64,000 nt of DNA. Source: Podarcis erhardii. Its lineage: Eukaryota. The translations under genes and the position numbers were made by a program. The notes under the pieces were generated by a model. That model saw only the letters and a program-made list of their open reading frames with translations. It made no database searches and was not told where the DNA came from. Where the stretch lies: NCBI GenBank assembly GCA_964252035.1, contig OZ176201.1; one strand, written 5' to 3'. Within the stretch, counting starts at the first letter, position 1; each line of letters opens with the position of its first letter. Of the stretch, positions 11,771 to 25,756 are shown piece by piece.

Positions 11771-13245
11771 CTACTGCTTCTCCCTCTCAATAAATTCAAT
11801 TTTGCAGAGGAAATAGATGTAAGTAGTAAATTATGAACCTCCACTTTTAAATTGCTTTCTTTTCCACTGTGAAGGACAGCATATTTTAACTCACCTACTT
11901 AGTTTTCTTTTAGGGCATATGAAATGAAACATAAACAAGATAATATATAACAGGGGTAAAAAGCAAAAGGCATTCCTTGCTTTGGTTTATCAGTAATTTG
12001 GATTAGGAATAACAGGGAACTAAATACTGAAATCCATAGGCATCAGTGTACATTTTTGTGCATCCACCAACCCGTTTTTCTTTTTTCTTTAAAAATAAAA
12101 CCTTCCCAAATGTACATGTACAATAAATTGTTCAGTTATATATGGAGATTTAGATTGTTGGGCGGATATCAGTATCTCCAAGTCTGACATGTGAGAAGGC
12201 AGGAATAGACACAGGAATGAAAGGATGGACTCCACACCTTCTCAGATTATGTACTGCTTTACCAGAGTACAGCAGAGCATAGGCTTAGGTTGTTCTTTGT
12301 AGACTGTGTCTACGCTCAGACTTTGAATGCTGAGATGGGGGACTACCTAATGTTGAGATTGTATGCTACCTTGGCAAACATGAGTTTCCAAACCTGGCTT
12401 TGCTGAGGTACCACAGAGAGTTTAGATATTTGTAGAATGAGAATCAGTGGGCAGGTGGGTGGTTATTTTTCTAGTCATCAGATTTATCTTCAACCTCAGG
12501 ACCCAGTTGGGGATAAATTGCTGAAAAGCAGTCAGGACAGAATATTCAGGGGAGACACTGTGGAGACAAATGCCTCCCCTTGCCAATTCTCCTCTGTAAA
12601 AGCCAACCCCCAGATTAATATTATAAGGCAAACATGGAGTTGGAAACCCTATATTTGTATTGCAGTATACAGTCCCTCCCCCAATGAGGTGGAAAGGAAT
12701 AAACAATGAGAAAGTGCCTGGAGAAGGCAGAATGACAGAGGTGAGAATGGCATCCTCTTTATTAAAACCCACAAAATATATGCAAGCAACTGATCATATA
12801 CCAACTCTCAGTAGCCAGCAAGTTTGCTTTACAGTGTTCATTGTAGGAACATCATGAAGACATTACTGGGCAGTGCATTATTCTGTATAGGAAGAATATC
12901 TAGAAGGGATTAACAGGATGTTCTGAGTATCAGTAGAATTTCCCTGATGCACTGTGGAGGTTGATGATGTGAGCATTGCTACAGTACTTGCAAGGTCCTA
13001 TAACTGTATTTCACCATTTACTGAGACTCATCATTTGAAACTGTTATAGAAGCAGGTGTGAAACACTGCTAATTGGATGGGTCACTTTGGTAGGGTTGCT
13101 TTGCAAGAGCATATTAATCTTCTGCTGCACTGGTTAGTGAGCCTGACAACAGAAACCAAATAGGCCATTAATTATTGTATCTGTTTCCATTAATAGCAAC
13201 AAGGATTATCGTTTATACCAATTGTTGGTATCTCAAAGTAGTTTC

Positions 13246-13435
13246 ATAGAATCATAGAATCACAGAGTTGGAAGAGACCACAAGGGCCATCGAGTCCAAC
13301 CCCCTGCCAAGCAGGAAACACCATCAGAGCACTCCTGACATATGGTTGTCAAGCCTCTGCTTAAAGACCTCCAAAGAAGGAGACTCCACCACACTCCTTG
13401 GCAGCAAATTCCACTGTCGAACAGCTCTTACTGTT
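13246..13435 (-). mobile_element. Young CR1 3' end
   Basis: CATAGAATCATAGAATCACAGAGTTGG = reverse of the CR1 octamer (ATTCTRTG)n tail, then antisense 3' region. Confidence 0.88.
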
Positions 13436-13843
13436 TATGAGCATTTACTAACAGATCTTCACCTCCTTCCCCGGAGAGGGGTAAGGTGCCACTAAGCTTA
13501 CTTTGCAAGCTTGGAAGAACAAAGAGAAAAAAGAGATCTGTTGCAAGCTCACCTCTGATCTGAAGTTCTTTGCCCATATTATGCAAAAGTAAAGATGGCT
13601 TGACACAGTAATAGGTTAATATGCATTGGTAGTTAATATGTAGTAAAACATCTTACCGGTATTTTGATTTCACACACTTTCCTGCAGATTTCAATTACCA
13701 TTCTCACATTACTCATCAATACAGGGAAATACTCTTCTTGTATGTAATCTGTCTATATTATTGGACAACAGGGTCCTTTGCAACTAAATTCTTTAAATCA
13801 ACTATATCTATTCTGACATGCTGGTGCGGTTACTGACGGCAGG

Positions 13844-14392
13844 TCCTGCTTTGATCCGGATCTGAACTATCTGCTTGAAAGTCCTGGAGGCAAAGAGCAG
13901 TTTTTGGCTCTTCCAGGAATCTCTAGTAAATAGCACAGTCTTTCCTTTCGACCCAAACTCAGGGGTAATGAGAGCATTTAAAGGAAAGCAGGGAGGCGCA
14001 GGTTTGACATACCTTGCACAGGACTCTGCCTGAATATTAACAGAGGGCAGAGCTCTGATGCTGCCTCAGCACCAGTCAAATTGAGGCTGAGCCCTGTATA
14101 TAGGAGGACAAGCTGCATTCTAACAGAAAGCTGTGCCTTCATTGAAAGGTCTTCATATAATGGGGTCATGTCCACTCCAGCAGTCTTTTACTCCAACAGA
14201 GCCGTGGAGGAAACTTGGGCCACACTGGGACTTCTGTGCTAGTCCTCCAAGAGTGACAGTGGCAGAGAGGCCAGAGAGGCACCGGCACCACAGATTTGTT
14301 TTGTGGAAGTAATTCTGGAGCTGACCCAGCTTGTCATTCCCCTTCTGATTCAGATTCCTCAGCTTCATCCCCTGCAGAAAAGGGATCTGACA
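13844..14392 (-). mobile_element. Decayed LTR-like element (possible solo LTR)
   Basis: Minus strand starts TGTCAG; possible imperfect 5-bp TSD GCAGG/CCAGG; acidic-then-basic pseudo-frame resembling the LTR at 61125-61526; left terminus is not canonical. Confidence 0.4.
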
Positions 14393-15423
14393 CCAGGTTC
14401 ATGATAGAAGATGCATGCTATCAAAATGGTTCTGTAAAATATATTTATTTTTACTCTCCGTCAGGATTGGGCTGCTAAGCTCACTCACTCATAGCGCTTA
14501 AAGGCAGATGGAAGGCATCCCTTGCAGGCAAGCCACTGAAATATCCACAACTTACATTTCTTTCCCTTGTGCTTTGGTTCTGTTCTTGTCTTCCGCCGTA
14601 CCTGACCAGCAATGTAGCATAATGTTCAGATTCAAAAAAATATCAGAGCTGGCTGACTCCACCCACTCCCCCTCGCCGCCACCACCCTCTTCAATCTCAG
14701 GTTTAAAATTGGCACTCTCCATCAGAAGCTTTCTAATACCAAGGTACCATGAGAGATTTCCAGTGCTGAGAGGTATTACTTTCTGTGGCCATCATAACTA
14801 AAATCCAAAAGCAATGAGCACCCTGTGTGGATCTGTAATTGCTACCTTATGTGGTCCCTGAGGTCCTGGTTTCAGCAAAGCAGCCATGTGTGCTACAGTC
14901 CATTTGCAAGCTCTTGGAATTGGATTATAGACTCATAAATTTGCCGCATGTTGTGTACACTCTCACTGAAACCCCAGAAGACCAGTTGAGTGTAAAGGCA
15001 TTCCAGATGGGAATTTAAACGCTAAATTTCATGTCATATTATTTAACAGGTTAGTTTTTATCCCTCATTTACTTGCCATCTGTCATTACTTCGGTTTCCC
15101 AGCAAGACTGCCTGGGTCATGCTCAAGCTTTTGAAAGCAGAAGAAAATTAATACTAATATCATCCTTGCTCATAAAATGCTGTATTTAAAAATAAAAATT
15201 GAAATTATACACATGTCGTAACTACTGAACATTTTAATCAGGATATCATTTGCTTTAATGCTGGGAAGCTTTAAATTATAGTTTCTGGTAACATGTTCTC
15301 ATATATTGTATTTAAAATCTAAGGACAAGTTATCGGTCAGGTTTGCACTTGGGTTGTATCCTGTAACATCTTTTTACTCTTTGACCAGTGGAGCCTTTTG
15401 TTAGAAGAGGGAGGGAAACATTA

Positions 15424-15430
<7 letters not shown>

Positions 15431-15481
<51 letters not shown>
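15431..15481. repeat. (TAT)n microsatellite
   Basis: Direct reading. Confidence 0.97.
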
Positions 15482-15482
<1 letters not shown>

Positions 15483-17429
15483 TGCCAATTCCCTGTGAAC
15501 CTGTGAAGACTTTGCACACACCCAAACCCAAATTCACTTTAGGGGTTTGGGATTTCTCCTGGAATATTGTGGGAGCTGATGCAGGAGAAGAGGAAAAGCA
15601 AAAATTACCTCTTTACCATTCTGATCACAGAACCCTCCACAGGATTAATATTACTGATTATTGCTTAATGATAAAGATAATCCCATTCCACCCACAAATG
15701 AGCGTGAAATCCTTTTGCACATGATAAAATGCATATTTTGTGGGAAGAAAATGGGGATATGGGAGCGTAATGCAGGTTGACAGAGTGGCACCGCATTTTT
15801 TATTTATTGTCATCTTAGTCTTTTTTTAAAAAAAAAAGAACCTCTGTGGAAGGCCCATTATGCCCCAAATGCATTACGTATTAATAAAAAGTGCATTGCT
15901 TTTCAGCATCTTTGAGACTGGGTATCATTTTTTTGCCATAATGTTTACATCTGTTAATTTATGTGACAGCCCGATTTAAAATTCAAATCACAAAAATTCT
16001 GAAGAAATTCATAATATTGAAACTAATACTTAATATGAAGTGTTAAACCCTGCTTTCCATTATACCAAGGGATAGACAGACCTATTAAAACCCAGTATTT
16101 ACATGGGCAGCCACTGCACAATTCCCCTGAGAGCATTGGAATGACATCAAGTTCTTACATTTCTGGAGCACTTGTTTTGTTGCTCTGTGCGGGCAAGGAA
16201 TTCCATGCACCAGCCACTCCAGGTGCCCTATTCTGAAAAGTTTAAAGGAATAAAACATATTTAGAGGTATGGAGGCAGTGTATAACCTTCATACTTCCTG
16301 ACAGAGGAATTTGCTTAACTGTGAAATCTGAAGTGGACCAGTGATCTAATTTGCTTGGATCAAATCAGGTGAGCTTGGAATTTAGGAATCTGAGTTTGGC
16401 AGATTCTTCCCTTATCCCTAGTTGTACCGAAGATGAGGAATAAAATATAGCATGTTTATATGAGAACTGCAAGCTTTAATCAGTAGATTAATCAATTAAT
16501 TTTTAAAGGCCAATTTTAATCAGTGAAAGCAATTTGTAATTGGGGAACTGAGAGTGCTACTGTTATACAGAATGGAAAGAATGTTACAGATGATATATCC
16601 TTATTCTAACAATGAGAGATAGCTTGTATTTGTTAATTTGCACATTATTTCATGCAACCTTCAATAAATGTCACAAATGCTACCTATACAGAGAATTTGA
16701 TAGCATGCATTTTAATTAAATCTACACATTCGTTTTAAAGGTGCAGCATTAACTATGACACACAGGTATCGGTGAACAGTCTTAATCTACATGAATTAGT
16801 AGGTTTGTGCACAAGGAGTCTACAGATGGGTTTGAATTCTTATGCTTTCTAGATTTAATGATTTGGGGCTTCAGGATCTGTCCTTCCAGTGAGCACTCAG
16901 GATTCTATTGATATTTTCCACAAATGTCTATACAATGTTCTTTTGGTAATTTTTGCTATATTCTGGATTTGGGGTTGAGTCCCTTTGCTGCAGTTTGATC
17001 CTTGGAGGCTTCCATAAGTGGGACAGTGAGAAATACCCTGTTCGGTGAGCTGTGTTTTCAATAATCCAGGACTAGTATTATGGCTTATTTTGCTCATTGC
17101 TTAGGTCATATTATAGCTCATTCAGAGAAGCTTGCTGTAATGAAGGCAGGAAACATTCTTAGGGAAGCATCTGAATGAGGAAAACATTATTTTGATATAA
17201 CAGGAGCTGAGAAGTGCATGTATTTACAATAACAATATTTCACAAAACCACTGTGAGGCAATTTTCTAAGATAAATTATAGCTGCCCGAGACGTAACTTT
17301 CAGATATGACCTTTGTGTTATTAGAATATCTTGAGGGATATAACAGCAGGTGACTATTCTTGTTTCATAATACTGGCCACAAATACAGCACAATCTCATT
17401 TCCTTATTATATTATATCACTTTGAAACA

Positions 17430-17660
17430 AAATAATAGAATAATAGAACTGTAGAGTTGGGAGGGATGCACAGGGCCATCCAGGCCAACCCCCTGCAATG
17501 CAGGAATTGCAACTAAAGCATCCATCACAGGTGGCCATCCAACCTCTGCTTAAAAACCTACAAGGAAGGAGAGTCCACAGCCTCCTGAGAGAGTTCATTC
17601 CACTGTCAAACAGCTCTTACCCTCAGAAATTTCTTCCTGATGTGTAGTCAGAATCTCATT
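17430..17660 (-). mobile_element. Older CR1 3' end
   Basis: ATAGAACTGTAGAGTTGGAGGGA...CCCCCTGCAATGCAGG...CAACCTCTGCTTAAAAACC...TTCCACTGTCAAACAGCTCTTAC. Confidence 0.8.
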
Positions 17661-19689
17661 TCTCCCACCTTAAGTTTAGTATGACACATTTTTACATCAC
17701 TTTGTGACTTTTTCCAAAAAAAAAAATTAAAGGTCTTCATGAAAATCTACCAGCATGCACTATGCATTTGTCCTAATATAGCCTTTCTGTGTGCAATTTC
17801 CTCTAATGTAATGAATTTTCACAAAAATATGTAATTTTCTACATATTCCCCCATATATGCATATTTTGGAAGAGTTGTGGGGGGAACAGCTAAGGGAAAA
17901 CTCATCTCACTCTCGTAATGCTAAATAATACTTATTTAGCTAAATTCTACTTTGTGTCTGGATGCAACCAGTGAGAAGAAGGAGTTACCTAAAGCAAAAA
18001 AGCTGGAAATAATTTACCACCAATGACTAGAAAATATGGAGTGTCCATGGTAAACAGCAACAGATGGAACACATATGCTTTAGTTAATGAAATCTACCAG
18101 CTAAAGAGCAAATAATGATCTAATACTTCTGTGTTCCATGTTTAGGGGCAAACACATCCCTAAAACATCCATTTGAACTCTCCTGCATGCTTAAACTTTC
18201 AAGCAAAATTGCCAAAAACTTTCTCTAAAAGAGAGATTAAGCAAATTGTGCACCAAGAAAAGTATTTGTGCATTTTTAGATGTCACCCTAGATAACTTAA
18301 GGATATGAGGACAAATAGAAACCCCTGCCTCAACTAAAAAGGGCCAATGATTCTTTGAATACACGTAATTCTTTCATGTAAATGGCCACTATTGTTAATT
18401 TGGATATGAAAAACTGAGAGCAGGCATTTTGAAACTTTAGCTGCTGTTGATGTGCAACTAAGGCTGATTTCACTCCCATAATTCTTGCTGAAATGCTCCA
18501 AACAGTACGAAAGCTTCCATATGAGCTGTTTATTGGCCATTCGTCCTGGTTTCTTTTCACACAATATCTGCTGTTTATTGAACATAATTGATGTGTTTGT
18601 TTACACCAAGCGTTTTGTCATCCTAAATTTTGTAGTATATTTTGCCGTCACTTTTATTGCTGCAAAAAGACCAGGGTTGGGCAGGAGGCTGTTTTTCAGA
18701 AGTTTGGGAAGTGGGGAGCACATGCCTTTTAACTATACAAGCTAAATTTACTGCTGTATGTTAGAATTCCATTCATAAAATAGTGACAGTGGGGAAGCAA
18801 TCTAAGCAGAAGACCCAAGATAATTAATAATGCTGAATTGGTGCCTGGTTCTCTTTGTATGCCACATAAATAAAGGAGGGTAGGATAGACATGTAATAAA
18901 TAATTAAATCACTACTGTAGTAGAGGGCATATTCTTAAAATTCTACTACAGGCCAGGAAGGTTGTTGTTACAGTTTCACTGCAGTCTGTTCCGTAATCGC
19001 CCATCAAACCCCCCCCCTCCCCAGTCTAAAACTTTGAGTACTTTACTTTTTACTCTCTCCCTCTGTGTGCAGCCTAGCTGAATTAGGATATCACAGCTGG
19101 AGACCTTTCTCTTCCAAAGTGCTACAATATGCAGTCTAAAGGAAATTATAGGGTAAGAAGTCCCAGCTGATTTCCCCCCTCTTCCTTCTGCTAGCTTTCA
19201 CAAGGAGGAACACCACTGGAAGCCAGTGAAATTTAAAATAGACTGCAACTTTTCCTTCTTTGGTTTTGCGCTTTGGGGGACAGTTTCTGAAAAATACAAT
19301 TTGAAGTACGCAGCAGCAAACTCTCTTTCTTCTGCCACCTATGCCACATTGGGAGGTAGGCTGCCAATTGAACTTCCTGCTCCTTTTGAAGCACATCACT
19401 GCTACGCTTGTATCAACTCCGTCATTTGCTCCTGTTGTACACAGTGCTGTCTCCTCATGGGAGTGTCAGTGTCAGTGAAGAGAGGTAAAACGAGCTATTG
19501 GATCACACCAAAAGTCCTTCAAAATTCCACAGAATTTGGTGAGCAAAGAATATAATTGTTAGAAGAAGTCAGACAGGTATTAGCAAGATACTTGTATGCA
19601 GGAAGAAAAGAGAAGGAAATTCTAGGTTTAAATTACAACATGATAAAACTACTTTAACAAAATATGGGTACATACAGTTTTAAAGCATT

Positions 19690-19770
19690 TGGGGTGCAAT
19701 CCTAGACACGCTTACCTGGGAGTAATCCCCATTGAACCCAATGTTACTTATTTCTGACTGGATATACTTT
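19690..19770. mobile_element. Short palindromic non-autonomous DNA element remnant (GCAATCCTA...GTAAGYCCCATTGAA family)
   Basis: Related decayed copies at ~4600, 21560, 27530, 30320, 31640. Confidence 0.45.
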
Positions 19771-20329
19771 AGAAGGGTCCTCTTAATATAGTCTTTTTGC
19801 CTTCATCTTCAGCCCAAGCTGAGAAAAAGTTCACATTTTAGGGTTTTCTGACAAAACCTGGTGTGAGCCTCTGGTCCTAATATAACTACATGTTCGGGTT
19901 CATTGAACACATTATACCCTATGTCTTATATTGTGCATTTGGTCATAAATTTAGCTAAGCCTTGGCAATGCCGATACAAATCTAAAGTGGGGGTATGTCT
20001 TTGTAAAAGCTGGATTTGGTGGCATTTTTATTACTACTTCATTTAAATGACAGACACGCTAACAAGAGCAGAAGCTTCCAAACTAATCGTTGAAGTAAAT
20101 CATATTTGGCTCTCCTTGCAGTGGAAATAAAGTAGATCTTTGGTTTGTTCAAACTAACTCCTTCTATTCTACTAGTCAGAAAATATTACAGAGGTCCTTT
20201 CCACCTGAAATGGTTTCTATCTAATTTATCAGACACTGACAGACACTTGTACGGTTATTAGGTTTAGTGGGGTTGGGGGGAAAGGGCCTGCAACCAATTT
20301 ACAGGCAAAAAACTTGTGATGCTCAAAAC

Positions 20330-21560
20330 TGCCCTCCAAACAGGCACAAATTCTGAGTGGTGATTGGACTTTTGTCAACTGACCAAGAGAGTATTGCTCT
20401 GACACCCTTGGCGAACTGCTGTAACAACTTTGCAAGGCACTTTAGGGACAAAACCACTCAGATTCAGACAGAGCTGGATGCAGCAATTAGAGAAAGCCCA
20501 ATAGAGGTGTCTAGAGCACTGTCTGTTCCATCTATACTGGATCAGTTTAGATTATTGTAGCCTGAGGATGTGAACAAGCTGATTGAAGAAGTACAGCCAA
20601 CCACCTACCCCCTTGACCATTGCCCATCTTGGCTTCTTAGAGTTAGCCATAAAGAGTTGACAGGGTGGGTCCTGGAAATGACCAGTGCTTCATTGTAGGA
20701 GGGGGAATACCACCTGCCTTGAAGGAGGTGGCAAGGTGTTCCCTCCTAGAATCATAGAGTTGGAAGAGACCACAAGGGCCATCGAGTCCAACCCCCTGCC
20801 AAGCAGGAAACAAAGAGACGTTATGAAACTATTGTCCAATGGCAAATATTGCCTTTAGGGGCAAGATACTTGAGAAGGTGGTAACAGTGAAGCTTCAGGG
20901 ATGCTTGGAAACTAATTACCTGGATCCATTCTAGTCCTGCTTCAGACTTGTCCACGGCACTGTAACTACCTTGGTCACCCCAGTTGAAAACATTTTGGCA
21001 AAATGTGACCCTGCTCATTTCTCCTTGATCTCTCAGCAGCTTTCAATACAGTTGACCGTAGTATCATTCTGACATAATTTAGATCTCATATAACCCATGT
21101 TTTAAAACAGCTGCACTGGTTGTCAGTTTGTTTTCAGGCTTGATTTAAGGTGCTTAAAGTCATAAATGATCCAGATCCAAATGTTTGAAAGACCACTTCC
21201 TTACCTACAGACCCCCATGTGTGTTAAGATCAGCAGAGGGGGCTTTCTTGGTACTTTTGTTGTCCTCAAAAGCTTGGATGGTGGCGCTGGCCAGGGAGAG
21301 GGCATTATCTGTGGCAGCTGGTAACAATACAGTTTTTGGCATATGTTGGAGACACACATCTTTACCTGGGCCTTTCACAACTGAGATGCATATTTTCAGA
21401 ACAAATCCCCCCCCCCATTTTTTGTGATTACATTTTTGTAATGATAAGGTTTGCTATTTTTAAGAAACCTATTTTTAACATTGTATTTTAAATTGTAACC
21501 CACCCTAGGATCTTAGAGTGAAGCATGGGTAATAAATTAAAATAACAGTAATAGTAATAC
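20330..21560 (+). mobile_element. Degenerate, internally deleted L2 LINE
   Basis: Frames CNNFARHFRDKTTQIQTELDA..LDQFRLL*PEDVNKL..PLDHCPSWLL; later LLDLSAAFNTVD-like and ALARERALSVAAG; AT-rich L2 tail at ~21495-21558. Confidence 0.82.
20749..20812 (-). mobile_element. Very short young CR1 3' end inside the L2
   Basis: 57 nt (20756-20812) identical to 13264-13320. Confidence 0.85.
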
Positions 21561-23867
21561 TCAGAAGTAAGCCCTAATGCATTCTTCCAAGTATGTAAAG
21601 TTAGGGTTGTAGATTACGTGTCTCATAAATATTACAGTATAACCTTATTAAGTATTTCGTTGCTGACCAGGGCAATAAGTATCCAAGCTAAGCTCTTGTC
21701 AATTGAGCCCTGTTTTTTGCCATTACACCTGCCTAGATTTGCAAGGCACGTGAATTGTGCTCAGATCCAGAGCTCTTTCTTTTTCAGATGAAAATACCCT
21801 TCTCATCTTGCATCACTTGCTATGAAGGAGTTGTGTAGGTTCCCTTCAAAGCATGGTGCCATACTGTGACTATGGAGTCAGCATAAAATAAATTGACTTT
21901 GACACTCAAATAAATTAAATGAAAGGAACTATGTTTCATTGTACTAATTTTCTTATCTAGGCATTTCAGCTGAGCTCTGCGAAGTTTATTACAAATTTTC
22001 TCATGCTAGTACAAGACAGACAGAAAGATCATCCTCACCACTTTGCACATTTAGCAAGATTCTGGTAAAATGCACATTTAAAAATAAATATCAGAATTTA
22101 AAAAGAGCTCTGCACAGCTGCCTGGGGAAATAAATTGTAGCTCTATTCCTAGAATAATAAGCAGAATTAGTAGAATAAGGCCTGCTATAGATTTATGAAC
22201 TAATTCTTAATAGTTTTGGTATTTTAGTACTACAATAAATTCATGAAATTGTATAATCTGTTTTATTTGTTTTATTATGCTGGACGAATTCTCTTAAATT
22301 ACTTAGAGCAAAATTATCTACTTCCTGATGTCATCCATTCTTATGATTGCATTCCCCCTCATTTCTGCTGTTGTTGTTGTTGGCATGTGGTCCAAAGGAA
22401 AGTAGAGCTATACATTTGGCAACAACTTGGCTGCAGGGGTTGCCAGCAGAAGACCCATGATATGTCATCCCACTGTCTTAGGGACACCACTCCAGATATG
22501 TGTAGGGTTTACTCCTTAACCTCCTTAGGCAGGGGGTATGGATTATTCCTTGGGGTTTACTGCTGAAGCTTTCTCATGAATGATAGCATGCACTATCATT
22601 CACCACACCTACACACACATGAAGACAGACAGCTGCATATTCAGACAGCCCTCCCACTAAACTACCAATCAGCAGAAGTTCTTCCCCATCACAGCACTTC
22701 GATGGGGTGGAAACAAGTAAGGACAGAGAAGACCTCTTCTCACTCTGGGACACTGGCATTGCAAGAAGGTCTTAGGAATCAGAAAGGGACCCTCATTCCT
22801 GTTTCCTGAGTTTTAAAACCTTGTAGTGGTGATAGCTCTTTTAAAACACCAAGAAGAGATAGCCAATTTGGACGCTGAATGCATTTTAGACACCCCAAAA
22901 TGCCTTAAAAAGCTAAAAAAAAACTGCATGGACAAGGAGCAAACACAAAAGGGGTTTGTTTGGTTTTAAATGAAAGACATTTTTCTATTTTGGAGAGGTG
23001 TGTCTTTGAGGCAACCAAAATGACCTATGGTTATGGACTGTGAACCACAGTTTAGCCACCCCTGAACAACCGCAATTCCAGTCTTCCTTCTCAGATGTGA
23101 GTCCAATTAAATAACATTATTTTTTGACTTTTTGAAATAAAGTCAAGAATCCCAGTAGAGTGGTTTTTTTTAAAGTGTATTTCAGTATTAATTGTTTTAA
23201 TTGTTCAGCCAGTATTGTTTCTAAGAAATTCTGGGATGTAAAATATGATGGAATGTTATGAATGTACATTTATGCTATAGAAGCTGCTGTAATGATCTCA
23301 TTAATTTGTTTGTTAATCTCTTATTAAGGCTAAATCCTGACTTGCATACAGCCCATTATGGCTAGACTCCAGTGCCATATTCATTTGGACACTAATCCAA
23401 ACGTCCATCAGAGTCCTCAATTAGGTCTTCTTTTCTATCTAAAAATATTCAGTGCCTAGTAAAGCCAAAATTCAGCTCCAGCCAGGCTTTACTTTTGCAA
23501 AAGTTTCTGCAACTTCTGGTAAAAAGACAGTCATAGCAGCATCAGCCCAGCATCCTCAGAATCACCCTGAAGTCTCACCCTTTGCTTGATGTTACCTTTA
23601 TAAATTTATTACCAGGAAACATGTAGTGGATACAGAGGATCATTTTACCACATGTGCTATACAACATTTGGCCCCATGTCTGCATGTGAAGCATGGTAAT
23701 ACATCCTTAGCACCTGGCACGAGGAGACAGATTATCAAGTTATCCTGGAGTGTGAGAGACAGTGGATAATGTCATCATACCTACATGGGCTTCCTGCCTA
23801 ACCCTTATGAAGGAGAACATTGCATTGTGCACCTGAGGGTTTGAAAGGTACTTATTCATTCAATTTA

Positions 23868-24101
23868 CAGTGTTACCTCAGGTTAAGTATTTAATTCGTT
23901 CCGGAGGTCTGTTCTTAACCTGAAACTGTTCTTAACCTGAAGCACCACTTTAGCTAATGGGGCCTCCTGCTGCTGCCGGAGCACAATTTCTGTTCTCATC
24001 CTGAAGCAAAGTTCATAACCTGAAGCACTATTTCTGGGTTAGCAGAGTCTGTAACCTGAAGCGTATGTAACCTGAAGTGTATGTAACCTGAGGTACCACT
24101 G
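23868..24101. mobile_element. Tc1/mariner-type MITE
   Basis: TA flanks (23866-67, 24102-03); TIR CAGTG(T/G)TACCTCAGGTT; internal AACCTGAA repeats; sister copy at 53931-54172. Confidence 0.92.
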
Positions 24102-24855
24102 TATACTTCATTTTTTAATCTAGCTGTTGTAAATATATGTCCTATATCATCTATATCTTATACTATTTTCTAAAAATGAAGCTGATGCCAGATCTCAAAT
24201 ACCTTGATGTTTAAGACTAAAGGCAAAATAAATTTAACTCTTCTTACCAGAGAGCCATGGTTCAAAACTTGGCGGAGGAGGGGTTATACAGTAACAAGGA
24301 ATTTGCACTCTAACATTAATAGAAAAACTAAACATCTCAGTTCAAAAACAAAACTGATTTGCTATAAAGCCTTTTCTTTAAGTATTATAATTTATGTATA
24401 TTATTACTTCTGAAGTGGCAAGACAAACTTCAATGGTGACCTATATTCATCATTTTTTAATCATAAGGAAATTAATCACAAAATAAATAGTGTCTTATCT
24501 CTAGGGATCCCCAAACTGTTTAAAAAAAAAAAAATCAGGCCAAATGCTGCCTTTTATTATATTCTACCAAATGCCAAATTAAAACTTACCCAAAAACACA
24601 CAAACTAAGTTTTTGCTTTATGTTACTGTGATGCATCAGCGTTTAGGCAGTAGTGTATGAGATAATTCTGGGTTACAGTATGTCCCACCCTGAATAAAAA
24701 TGGATGCTGCTTAGGAAATGACTGAAAATACTCTTACTGTGCAACTTTATTTATGTGTCAAGAACTATCTGATCACACTGAAAGTTAGGGGAATTATCCT
24801 TGCATTCTTCAACAATGCCCTGGTGCCTTGAGGGTAAGCCTGCAATCCTATATAG

Positions 24856-24983
24856 CAGAGGTGGGACATCTTTGGCACTTCAGAGGTTGTTGGACTCACA
24901 TCTACCACAGCCAGCATGGCTAATGGTCATGGATGATGGAAGCTGTAGTACAACAACATCTGGAGGGTTTCCAAGTTCTGCTG
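24856..24983. mobile_element. Diverged hAT-like MITE
   Basis: GTTGTTGGACT...TGGATGATGGAAGCTGTAGTACAACAACATCTGGAGGG core resembles the 136-bp family. Confidence 0.5.
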
Positions 24984-25756
24984 TGAACCATATATATTCT
25001 ACATGAATAAACCTTAATGTTCTGAGTAGACCAATATATGATTGGATTATTAAATGATGCATACTGTGCTCTGTTTGGGGCTGCCTGTGGAAACTCCAGC
25101 TACTCTAGAATGTGGCAGACATATTATTAATAAGCTCTGGTCCAATGATATCAGGAAAGATGTTGATTTGATCTTCAAAGGCTTGTAGGACCTCAATTAG
25201 TGCCTCATCCCAAATGCGCCCTTTCTCCAAATTGTGAGATTTTTAGATGAAGTGACGCTCTCTGGGCACTACTGCCAGCAAAGATAATGAGTAGTGTGTC
25301 TTCTATACAATGGTATACATCCTCATGGTTGCATTCCTTTTTAGGAATTGGCCCATATGACCAATTCATAGGGGATATTTTAAAATGTTGTTAGCTGCCA
25401 CAAAACCTATATTTTTGGCCAGATAATGAGAATAAACAAGTGTCATGTATGCTGCACAGAAGACAATTTCCTACACATATACCTATTCCATGTGGGAAAC
25501 GTGTTTTATTTATTTTGTTTAATACATTTATATACCCTACCTTGCATCCATCATGGAACTCAGGGTGACATATGGAGCATAAATATAGGGTTGAACTTCT
25601 CCCAGTACACTGCAAACATGAAATTGCTCTTGAACGTCATAAAAGTGTGGCAAGCTTTTAAGATCTCCAGAATTTGTCACTAAGCTGACAAGATGTTATT
25701 TAAAAAAATGGGGTGAGTGGTAAGAGGAAGAATTAAAAAACAACAACAACTAGAGC

